Below, piece by piece: positions 38,001-50,500 of a stretch of DNA of 64,000 nucleotides; the first letter of the stretch is position 1; every line of letters begins with the position of its first letter. Below the pieces are notes generated by a model. The model ran no database searches and was not told where the DNA came from. It saw only the letters and a list, made by a program, of their open reading frames with translations. Source of the DNA: Balanoglossus misakiensis (taxonomy: Eukaryota > Animalia > Hemichordata); NCBI GenBank assembly GCA_040954595.2, contig CM082580.2, positions 7,106,290 through 7,170,289 on the forward strand, written 5' to 3'. The position numbers and the translations under genes are program-made.

Positions 38001-39107
38001 GTCAAGATAAATGCCCTTTCCCCATAATGCACGTGTGATTTGCAAAGGTCAAGATCTATTGATCAAACATCATATAACTGTACAGAACATTTTTAGTAAG
38101 GCCTCACGCTGCACTTTATCTGTACCAAGAAGCACAATGCCTGTTGTAAATGTGAATACCACTCAAAGTTATTGGAAAATTTGTCATCACTGCAAGTTAA
38201 AGCGGCCATTACATATGAATTTGCAGGGCTTTGTTAAGAGGTTGTCTAAAGTAAGATCAGCTTTTCACATCAATGACGGATAAACAAAAATTGACAATGG
38301 ATAGACAGAACAATTGTCTCAACCACCCAATCTTGTTCATTGTGTAACAAATGGCATTCCCCCTAATATTTCAGAGTTATACCTTCAACTAATTCTACCC
38401 ACAGTACTGATAAAAGTTGAAACTCCCACTCCCACTACGGTAAATTCTCGCAAATTGGTGGGAACATGCTTTCCCCCGATCTCTAGAGGGCGATATTATT
38501 CACCCTGCAGCCTTCATGACAGCCATTGGATTTACATATGCCTTTCTACAGAATCAAAACATAGAAAATTATATCTCATTGTTCCCCATACAGCGTGTTT
38601 TTGCTGAGAAAGCAATCAAGTTACGGATAAATTTTAAAGCAGAACTGGCACTGTGTGGATACCTTTACCACATCACATTATTATGCAGTATTTGACTGTC
38701 AAATTAAAACATTCCTGTTTATAAAATTCTATAAACTACATATACACACTCTTCAAGAGATTCTTTAAGCAGGCTACAATAATTTATAAATTCAAGCTAT
38801 AGCTGGAAAAGGCACTTTTCACCACTGTGAGTGTTAATTCGAATTGCATCCATTGGAACTGCAAGACATCGCTGGATCAGCTTGGAAAAGCATATACTAG
38901 CAATGAAGTAATATCTTGATTTTTCCCTGTATTGCAAAGAATGATTTTGCTCCCTGCCAACAGTACAAGAAATGTCATGGTTCTTGTTTTTGCATCTCTG
39001 TTTTATTTTTACTCTCACTGTGTGAAAACATCTGCTTCTTCTCCCTTCTCTGCCATACACTAAATATTGTCATAACTACCGGTACTTCTCTCTCTCTCTC
39101 TCGTTTT

Positions 39108-41802
39108 CTATATCTGGTCGTAGGCAGTCTTCTTCTTGCATGGACTGATGGCGAACAAAAAACCCTCCTGTGGGAAGAAAATAACACAGAAAACCAACGT
39201 CAATTTACATCTCCAGTGACTCTATAACTTGAAGACTGCTTGACTAGGGAGAATTGTGTCCATTCTGTGTTTTTTCGTGGGTGAGGTTTTGTAGACATAT
39301 AACAAGAACAAAAGAAAACAATGGATTTGGACCAAACCATGGTGGTGAAAGGGTTAACGAAGAATCCCCAGTTTCTGTTAATCCTCCAAAAACCCCTAGC
39401 ACACAAGCAAACTACAACTGTGCATTACCTTTATGAGATACGGGAGGTCTGACCAGAACGATGCATTTGGAATTACTTCCACACCTTCCTTGTTGCGTCC
39501 ATACTTATTGAAGAGTGCTCCTCCCAAGAAGTAGGCGGCTAAAAGTACAAAAAATCTGCAAAAGGCAACATCAAACGTTTTCCATATTATTCTAAAATCA
39601 TTGGAATGATGTGAATTTTGGTGAATCAGATCGGCTGAAATTTTCATGGGATTACTGGACACATGCCAACATAAGTGCCAGGATGTTGGGACATGAAAAT
39701 GGCCGACGTGACACAACTTTTAAGAGAGAAATGACATACGTGATGCATAGTATACTGCCAGTGCTGAGGCTGCTGCTGGGTGGGGGAGCGGGCGCCACAC
39801 CACCCTGACACACTCCGGGACACGCACACTGCGTAGTGATCTCAAAGTCCTGTAATGCAAAACGCAAAGACACACAAACCTACTTGTTAAAATGGCTTTA
39901 ATTCACCCGGATCTTGATTGACTGATTATGCAAGTTAGCATGATAAATTTCTCTGAAGACTTGAGCCAATTGAAATTCTGTCTGCTGAGAATGAAGAACA
40001 CTGCAGGGTAACAGATAATGACACAGTGCCCTCAACAGCCATATTGGATCAGATTGCAAAACAACGCGATGCAAACAGGTAGAGACATTACAATGTATAT
40101 GTCATATCAGAGAAGCATGCACTACTGCACCGAGACAGACAGTATCTAAAGCCTGCGGTCCAACCTACTTTAGGAAATCTCGATTCTCAGTGATTGATCT
40201 TGAAAAAAGGTACACATGCATACTAGTATACTTACATAATAATTTGTTTGCTGTTCCCCTAAAACTCTTGTTTGGGGTGTTCTTGCATCTTTGTCACATT
40301 TCAAAGTCACTGTAGCAGTTCTGTTCATAAATAGATGTACTTCAGGGTTAGTTTAAACGATGAACATTGTAACAGTCTCAATTTCAGGCACATGGCTTGA
40401 CTTTAGACACTAAACGGGACAATACAGTCAGGTGATTATTGCAAAAGAGGCACTGAGTGGTTGACAATTTTGGTCTGTTCATTAACTACACTTTCTTACA
40501 ACGTGCCACTTGCTAAAACATTCTCCAAGGCAATGCCTAGTATTCAGCAAGTAAACAAGTACATGTCAAGTGCATTGCTATTGTATAATTTTTAGTCCGG
40601 GCTGAAATTCAGTCGTCAATAATAACATGTACCCGTGAAGACAAGCTGAATACCGGGTATATCGACGAGTTGTAAGCAGCAGAACAAGAAACTTCAGTGA
40701 ATATGCAGAATTAAAATAACTGAAAACATAACTGTCCACCTACCTGGCCTGTAGGTTGTATGAGAAAACCACATTGCCTGAGTTCACACTGTACTTCACA
40801 CTGGTTTGAGGTCCAAGAGCATATTCATTTGCTGTCCCAGGGGTAAACTGACATGCCTGATGGCAATCATGGGGAAATCATGAATTAGATATATTAGGAT
40901 CATCAGTCATTGTGAATGACACAGTCCTCGCTAGCAACTAGAGCTGAGGTGTCATGACCTTGCAAGTTTGTAAATAAGCAGTTTGCGAACAGATAATCAA
41001 GAACTGACCAAAGACTGTGGATCTGAGTACTTACAGCCATATCCGTGCAAACGCCTGTGCTTCCTTGGCTAAAAGCCTCGCAGGGGTTGTAACTGTGAAA
41101 TAAGAGTGTGTTCATGAAAAACTCAACACTAAACAATCACAAAGATCATAAGCAAGAAAGTTGTTGGAGAACTCTCACCCTGTAACATTGTGCTGAGTAT
41201 ACAAACAAACAGCGCTGACCAAAGTTGACTTTTTTGCAAGATGACGAGAACAATGCCTTGTGCTACTTCTGGCACAGTACATACTAAATCTGTAGTAATC
41301 ATAAGTATTCTTTTACCTGTAGGCATTATGTTTGGGGTCTGCCCCTTGTACTTGATTGATTCTGAAAAAGGAAATAAATTATGGGTACTTTAAACCAAAA
41401 AAGTTCAAATGTCCAACATTTTTGTGGAGGTCCTTGTGCGTCAACCATTCTTTAATACAGGCACAGACACACACGTATGTATACATGTATGCAAGGGTGC
41501 AATCACAAACACTGAATCACTCCCCCCCCCCCCCCAATTAATGAATTGATCACATGTATCTTACACAGCATGTGCTGGGAGCGATGTTTTCTTAATTACA
41601 TTACCACTTACAGGGGAGGGTTCTTTGGTACGAGGGGACGCAAATCAACTGTGCCCAGGGATGTGCCAGTGCTGTCCTTATAATCACACACACAGTAGAC
41701 CGTAGATCCTGTCAGGGCTTCACAAGTATCACCGTTGACACAGCTGAGTGTTACCATAACAACCACTATGATCACCAACTCTGCAACGTTAGGGCCGGTC
41801 AT
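39108..41802 (-). CDS. Cation-dependent mannose-6-phosphate receptor-like / ATG27-like single-MRH-domain type I membrane protein (~262 aa)
   Basis: 8 in-phase exons (- strand): 41802-41612, 41361-41317, 41092-41035, 40856-40744, 40320-40236, 39849-39740, 39555-39429, 39167-39108. Signal peptide, VDLRPL, YSYNPC, ACQ, RTATVTLKC, CACP, TM helix GSILCITFFVLLAAYFLGGALF, juxtamembrane GVEVIPNASFWSDLPYLIKEG, C-terminal YDQI. Confidence 0.85.
39313..39357. mobile_element. Partial piggyBac-type MITE
   Basis: agaaaacaatggatttggaccaaaccatggtggtgaaagggttaa (one half only). Confidence 0.65.
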
Positions 41803-44800
41803 GATTCTTGAATGTAATCTGTCACAGAACTGCCATACAGTTGAAAGTTATGACTCTGTAGGTAGCAAATACACACACAAAAGGAGATTGTTACGGGGAA
41901 AGGGGGTTAAAATGATTCTAAATTCTTCATACTTAGCAAAAGGAAATAAAGAGCATTCATCTCTCTGTCCAGGAAGTTGGTGTACCGCGCCGGTATTTGG
42001 GAATACATGATTTATTTCTCCTATGGGTGCTTTTCCCTTCTCAACAAATGCAATTAGAAAACTTCATGGAAAGTGAACGCAATCACTTTCACTATAGGTA
42101 CAGTGACCGTGGTACAATTCAAGGGTTGTATTACAAGTGAAAGCAGTGAAACGGCTGAGCATCCTCCGTTGATCGGATGTCAAGGACGAGCAGGCAGTTG
42201 TTGCCTTGTCTTGTACAGTACAGCCTGAGTACACTTCATGAATAGGGAGACTCGATCAGGCGTCAGTATTGTGTTATGCATGTTCTCTGCTGGGTACCTG
42301 GCCACTGGCTTGCACGTTCAATGTGAGATGTTAGACTGTCTGTTTGGCAGAACCCGGAAAGCAAGACACTATACTGGACAAGCTTTGACTTAGTGATAGC
42401 CCATCAACTGTGTAAACCATGCATACACGTACACGTACGCTCGCTTGTTCGTGGCATTGGGCGGTACACCGCGGGGCATTAGGCAGGCAAAATGTTGTGC
42501 ATATGTCATCGTTTCTTTACTGACCTTTTATATACGTCCCGATATTGTTGCCGAAAACGGGGCACCCTTCTCTCGAAAATGAAAGTTTTTTGGCACTCTC
42601 ATGTGATATTGTCATGTGACTTACAAGGCCCTCTAACATGCTTTTATTGCACAAAATATATTTCTGTGACTTTCGTTTACCAAATCCATTATGTTTCGCA
42701 AGCGCGCCTAGAATAACAGTTTAACCAGGGGTAAACTTATCTAAAATGTTCCAGTCGCGAAATAATTTACCGAAATCATAAAGGATATGTATACCGAAAG
42801 TAGCTTAAAGGTTTGCCGTTGAGGGCAGCAAATAAGGGTATAAAATTTCTAACTAACTTAGGGAGCGAAAAATTGCTTTACAGTTAGGTGCACATAAAGC
42901 CCCACACAGTACGCATTCAGTGACCGAAAAGCACTCAGTTCAATGGCATCGAATTCAGTTTACGAGAGGCTACGATTGTCCCACATGAACGGTAGGCAGT
43001 CACATTTTATATTCATCTATTTCCTTCCATTTTTAACAAGAAAGTTCGCGATTTACAGTCGCCCCCCGCGATGAAAACATCCATTCTCCTATGTCTCCAT
43101 CATCACTCAGGCTCAGCGCTAGCGCGTTCTCCCACCTCCCCATCAATGACCACGAGATCTCGAGAAGTAACAGATGAGTAACACTGAACCGGTGACACAT
43201 GTAGCGATATCTTTTGACAATACATTAAAATTAGTCTATTTATCTGTTTATTCATTCATTCGCCATTCAGTTCATCTTTTTTTCAATGTATGGTGGTGAC
43301 TTAAGTTTGTACGAGACTCTCTCGAGAGCGGCTGCAGGCCGACTACAGCTGAGTCGTCCCGGCCGCGGATGGCCCCGAATTTCTAGTGTAGACGTTTTCG
43401 GGCGTAACCCAAGTTCAAGGTCTTGGTCACGATCATTGGTGGCCAGCACTGTCAAATAACGTGAGGTTTAATTTTAAAACGAAGAGGGAGGGAAGGAGGT
43501 AAACCGAACCGATGGAACAGCGGCGCAGTGAGGTTACTAAGGTCAACAAACTTTTAAGGACAGCCGGTGGCTGATTGGTAAACATGTAAAAACAAGAGTA
43601 AAATTCCGAGAGGTGAACAAACTTTCACAGAAACCGTGACGATCACGACGTGACGTAGATGCTAGAGAACCCCATGACTATTTCCTGTGCGTTCGGTACA
43701 GTGGGCGAGCCAGCCTCCCTTCATTCAGAAATTCATCATCAAATTGTCAAAACGTCATCACATACGTTGACGTGTGTGTTAAATTTCGAACACGTGGAAA
43801 TACATGACCAAAGCATACATACATTGTACCAATAATGTCGTGGTAAACAATGAAAACGATCTCACTATTTGTATTTGTTTCTCATCGAAGCACTATCTGT
43901 ATAGAGAGATATCATACCCAATAAGGTGAAATCAGTAAATAGTGACATAATTTTTCCCATTGAACTAATTGTGGAATGTGGATGTACTTATGTTTTCATA
44001 CAGCTAGTGATATTAAACAGATATTGTAGCCTTTGAAAATCTCAATAGTAGGCAAAAACAATCAACTTTTGTATTTGAAAAAGCCATTTTAGAAACTACA
44101 AATTTAAGTTAAATCTGTTTCACAATATCTGATGTTTGGGTCAAAATACTCTATTGTGTCCCAAAGCAGTTGAATTGCCCCAACATTAATGACTTCCTGT
44201 TGACTTATTTGTGAAACTAAGGCTAAATTTATCAACTGGAACCACCATGCTTACTCTGTCCTAACACTGATTTATGACTTGCCAAGACAGGCGACACAGT
44301 TTTTCATGTGTGAAATGTGTCAGCAAGTGCCATGTCCTTAAGTGTCCCCTGCTTCTTGCGTCTAATCAACTCTCAGGGTCAACAAACTTTCACTGTGTAC
44401 ATGTAGTAGAAGGGACGGGGTCTGAGACAGAGTTGAATGACTCGAAAACACAATACTACTATTTTTTCTGTGAGGAGAATGTTCTAGGTGAGGGCTTACT
44501 TATTTCCTGTCGGAGGTAAAACGCATTGTTCATCCGAGGCAGATGACGTCATTCTCCCAGAAGGGGTCCATACAGGAATGAAATCCCCTATAAGCATGTG
44601 CTCTGACTGCCTGGTCGATATCCGCCGTAATATCTGCTATCACAAATTCTCGCCACAAGAAGCCCAAAGTCGGAGGGCACAGAGATAGTCTCCCTGTTGT
44701 CAACCGAACAGAGCTTTGGCGTCAGCTGGAAATAACATATATAATTGATTTGTTAATTCTCTGAAAGCTCTTCTTTCAGCCTTGTACATGTAATCTCCCT

Positions 44801-47266
44801 AGGTTCCATTGCATGAATTCTTCCAATCAACTGGAGTAAACACCCTTGTTTCAATTTAGAATATCGCACAGATATCAACCATGAATTTTTATGCAACAGT
44901 TTCTGATGAAGCGCTGTGACCTTCAACTTGTAGTTTGTACACACATCCCTCTCAATTGGAAGTTGGGTTCTGTGTTTTCCAGGTGACCTTTTATAAAGCT
45001 ATTCATCGCACAAGGATGACAAGGACGTGAACGCTGTTTATTTCCTTTCCATTATCACTTTTATTGTGGTATTGCTTTTACAAAAATCAGCGGGTATCGC
45101 TCAGGGTAATTCTTTCTCAATTGCGTCAGTGCAGAATATTATCAAAATTATTGGTCTTCTATCCAATAGTATGGAGTTCAGTTTTTAATGATTTTGCAGG
45201 CAGCGTGGAACTGTTTTTTTATATTCAGGATTTTTTATTCAACTACCAGTGTGATAGATAATTTGTAGGTTTCTGAAAATGTTTTCATGTAGGTCAAACT
45301 GCAAAGATAGGCAAAATAACTTTAGACATTGAAAAAACACCCCCTCCCGATCGGTCAAAGTTCACCAACAGTACGCCCAGCCGACACCAACTGAAAGAAA
45401 TGAACTTGTACGTATACGAACCTTTTACCGTTTTCAATTGAAGGAGAGCAAATCCTTGTGAGAACCCCACTATTCCTGATGCGTATTCCAGGCAAATCAT
45501 CCATTGTAGAGTGTAACAATCCCGTAGGAATATGAGTCAAACCTCCGACCGGACGGCACGTTTTCTCTCCGTCCATTCTGCAATCCCTCCACCCAATGTG
45601 TTAACATGTGATTGTCATGTGATAGTTTAACCCTAACGTTTAATCAAGGCATAAGAGGAATCACTGATATCAGAGATAAAACCACCAGAGTGACATTGTG
45701 AACCATGATTAAACCACCAGGTAAATATATCTTAAATACATGTACCATAATATTGTACTATTATAGATGTCACACTTCACATTGTAACTATTGCAAGTAA
45801 CATACAAAACGGTCGTACCTGCGGTATACCCTGATGATTTGTGTACAATGTGTACAACAAGATCCACAGAATCAAAATTTGACATCATTGAGAATTATTT
45901 TCACAAATGACCACATGTTTGATCATGATTGGTTTTTGCCAGCCAGATTTTGTGATGAAATTCATATGTGATGCTTTTCCAGAAAACTGCATAAGTTTTT
46001 CTTCAAAAAATTTATAATAACATGATTATATTGATCTGTGAAATGTTAGAACCAGTCTGACTTTATTGAAACTGATTTTGTATTCTGTTACAAAAAAATG
46101 AAATCATGACAGTGGTAAGAATAATTATTATATATAGTTGTACATGTAAGTACACCTCGTACAGTTATGGTTAGAAGATGTTCAGGATGGTTGGATGGAC
46201 ATGCCTTTGTTATATAAACAAAAGATGTATCGCAGATGGCAAGGCTGTATATATTGTCGAAGATCCACCTATTTTAGTGTTTAGTACAGCCGTATAAAAG
46301 GATGGGGTCTCACAGTGTTAATTGGAGGTCACAAGTCAATATGATTGTTCGCGATATTACTTAACAAGGTTAACCTTCAGTCACAGAGCTTGAGTGTTGT
46401 AGGCCCAGCAGACCTGACTTCAGTCGCAGATGTACTTCAGATAGTCAAATTAAAAAATAAGTTGAATTTTAACTGATTCAGGGCTAGTGAGCCTGTCAGT
46501 TGCCATGGCAAAATTGCCTGATGGAAACAGCCAATCGCTGTGCCCGATTTTCAAAACACCTGATTCTTACAACCATCATATTGTAGGACACGACTTTACA
46601 ATCTGCAAATTTGCATGTGGTTGCTATGACACAAACTCTTCTAAAAAGCTGGGGTTTTAAATTGATTTTTGGTGTCACCTCATAGTGTCTGCTTATGATA
46701 GCTTGGACATATAAAATCCGAAATAAAATTTTGGTGAAGTGCGTCTCCTGGAGAAACTAGCTTCATGGACATGGTGTTTTCGATGCAGGTTTCAATAATT
46801 TTATAACGGATAACATTTGTGTGTGAGGACCTTGAAGAGTTAATACACCATCCTGTCCCTCCAGTTGGATGCAGTCACCCCTGCATGGCACAGTGGGCCG
46901 TTCCACAATAGTGCCATTTCCTTATCTGGCTCAACTGTTTCTCATTGAGTGAACAGGCCAGCCGGTCTGTTGTATGATCACAAATATGACGTAGTCCTCT
47001 TGTAACACAGGTGTCGCCCGTCTCCTGTCGTGCCAAGCAATTCCTGCCCCATCATTATGACATGTCAGTCTCTCATCGATAACAGATCGTTCAATATACC
47101 CAGTACAGAAATATCGTTATTAATAATAATGACACAAAATCTAAAAAATTCTGACTAGGAGCAGTCTTACGTAAGAAATCAGGATAAGTCGCCGGTCAGT
47201 GCCCACCACTATGGAGACTAGACGAAGCTGGAATTCTTTGAAAGATTTTCAAGGTTTGAGTGATTT

Positions 47267-47359
47267 TTAACCCTTTCACCACCATGGTTCAGTCCAAACC
47301 CATTGTTATCTGTGGTAAGTTTGGACCTCTGTAGAGGGAACTGGGGGTGAAAGGGTTAA
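47267..47359. mobile_element. 85-bp piggyBac-type MITE, intact copy
   Basis: TTAA|CCCTTTCACC...GGTGAAAGGG|TTAA. TTAA target duplication and CCC termini are typical of piggyBac. Confidence 0.85.
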
Positions 47360-47524
47360 AGGTGGAAGGTTATGACTGTCACCTTCTCACATCAATAACA
47401 TATAGTATTAACTTTGGTCTTGCAGGTGCTGTACCAGAACTTGTCAATTGATAAAAATAATCTCGGTGCATTCATGTTAATATAACATAATATAATTTAT
47501 TTTTTAAACATATTTTATTTTTAG

Positions 47525-50500
47525 GCATGGTGTCTTCTTCAGAAGCCTCCACCAAAATAAACCAAGCCCAGGTCCAACAGATAAGAGAGAAGGCACAGGT
47601 ACAATATTATTTAACCCTTTCACCACCATGGTTCAGTCCAAACCCATTGTTTTGTATGGTAAGGTTGGACCTCTATAGAGGGATCTGGGGGTGAAAGGGT
47701 TAAAAGAATCACTATCTCTCTTTTCTTATTTCAAATCATATTCATTGTCTGTAAGTGTATCATTACAAGTCCAAAGTCTTACATTAATTTTTAAATTTAA
47801 AAACAACATTTTTGTTAAATCCTCGCAGACTTAGTTTATGTAGCGTTTTACAAACATTTCATTCTGAGTCATTCTGATCAGTTTTGAGAAGTGAAGCACA
47901 CTTTTCGAGTACAGAGGGATTATCTTTTTAATTGTAATAAAGCAGCTAGCTTTTTTATTTTCATGATGGACAATAAATTTGACAGTTTGTAAATCTGATA
48001 AGCAGTTGATTAATGTTCACTGGTGTGTGTTGAATATAAATAGAGCACTGTGTCTACTTGACCAGTGGAAAGCATACTTATGTCAAATTAAATCATGATT
48101 CTAGTGAATTTTTACTCACTCCCACCCCAGTCTCTGTCTAAAATGTTCACTGACTGCAAAACAAGCTGGAAATTGCATTGTCATTTCATTTTCCTGGGAA
48201 GACCTTCTGGACCTCCATGTTTGTTATTCAGAACCCGACATCAATTTTCATCAGACGGTTTAAACAATTTGATTTGATTTTGCTTGTGGTCACAATCTTA
48301 TCATTCTTCGTTTGTTGACACAGAGTCTGAAAGCTGAGTTCCTTAACAATTTGGACAGTCAACTGGAAGATGTCTTCGCCAGTTTTATCGACGAAGTCGA
48401 CGGATCTCGGTCGGGGACGTCAACACCGATAGAAGACACAAGAAGGAGCAAAAAGTAAGTGTGAAGTTGTCTAAGAATCATGTTTTGACAAAATTTGGAT
48501 TTGCAGTGTAGTTTGTGACTAGACTGAGTGGCTTTTTTGTGACTTTTTACACAATCTGGCATTCTCTGAAAACTCATGTTTTCTCACGAATTTTTCCAGT
48601 TTCACCCTCAATGGCACAACAAAGAAAATGACAGGCAAGAAACCGGTAGAGATAAGAAAGTAAATATCAAATGATATTTGTAGTCATCGTGCACTTTGAT
48701 TGTTTGTACAAGTTTGCCCAAGTTCAGTTTGCATGATGCTGATAATATTATATAGTGGGCAAACATATTTTAGTCTGCTTAGCTGTGTGTCAGTTTTGTG
48801 GCAGGGGTTAAAAATTGGGCCCATCCACTCTCTCCGTTAGGGGGGAAGGGGGTCATACCCCCACATTTGGTGATATAATGTTCCAGTGACAATGTATGAT
48901 TATGATGGAAGCAAAAATTAAACCTACAAAATGTAATTGTAGATAGCCACTTTGCCCCTTTAACTAATTTTCTTGTCATAATTGTATGTTTTAGTTTTAA
49001 AATCTTTGACACGACTGTTTTATTTATTGCACTATTTGATGTCCACTGTACACAGTTGACGTACTGTTTATCATGAGTAAACATATCACTGCATTTTCAT
49101 TGTTGGAGGCTTATACATCTTTGATTTTGTTTGTTATCTTCAGACACAAAGAATTGCAAGTTAAGACGTTTGTCCCAAGGCGGTCAGTTCTCACGTAAGT
49201 ATAAATGAAACCAAAAATGCAGAGTTATGACAACGGGCAATTCTGCCATTGGTCGATTCAAAATTTGTTCAAAATATTCTCATTCAGGAAAGAGGATTCT
49301 GGAATTGATTTTGTGGAGTCCCTCACTTTTAAATTTCGTATTTACATCAACCAGTTGATGTTTTCACAGAATTAGTATATTTGACATCACAGACAACCAT
49401 ATTGACTACAGTACATCACCACTGTTCTCATGCGAAATAATCCAGTTGTAACAGCTTGAATGTAAACATGTTTTACGCATGTCCTGCTCTGTGTCGACCC
49501 AGGAAGGACAGATTAATGTGAAAAATATACAACAGCAAAAAACCATGACGCAGTTAGCCATATGGCTAGAACATGTCTCATTTTAATTACAAGCCAATAA
49601 CAGATTAATTGATTTCCATATTTAGGTACATGTATGAACTGCAGGTCGGGTTGTTGAACTAAATCAAATTAGTGATATTTTTGTTCATGAAACTCAAAAA
49701 GGGGAAAGATGCATTTTTATCTAAATACTGTCCATTTTCTGGCTTTCATTCGTAGTAAACAAAATACCAAAATTATTAATAAAATGACAATTTTTCTCAA
49801 TAGTTTTGATATAAAGCGAAGACAAGCTACATGGCATTTCAGACTTTGTTTAATATACTTTTAAAATAACATTTATCAAAAGTTTAACCTATGACCGTAC
49901 TTTTGTATTACAGGGAACTTTTAGAAGTCAGTCATATCAAGACAATAGAACATGTTTTTATTGCTATTCTCATCATATTCAGTTTGAACACAATTGTTTA
50001 TGATGTAGTGGATACAGGAAGGTGTGTATTGAATTATCAAGACTTATGATGGCGTTCCTTGATTTAAAAAAAAATTGTGATTTGAATTACAAAATCTGTC
50101 TGAAAGACCTTTACTAATACTTGTGTAAGAACACTGTATTATTACTCAGATTTGAAATTGATGACAAAAAAAAGAACTCAAAATTCACCGATTTCCCAAT
50201 ATTTCTCGGTTGAATCTGCAGGTTGGTCCTCAATTTCGAGACGATCACGTGGTCCTTTGGCAAGTTCCCCATCGTCATGTGGGTCTGGTGCTTGATGCTG
50301 ATCTCGACGACGATGATCATCTTCCCGGCCGTGACCTACTGGTCCCAGCACCGTCACCGGGCGTCGCACCTGCCGGACTCCGTCTGGCTGCTGGTGTACA
50401 TCATGTATCAGGTGGCCTTCATGGTGCTGCCGCTGAGCGCCATCATCGAGTACGATCTGCCGCCGGCGTCCACCATATGCGTGGTGACGGAGCAGCTGCG

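Noticed and set aside
46840-47050. Possible decayed RTE-LINE 3' fragment
   Set aside because: Only a vague resemblance; cannot be supported without a search.
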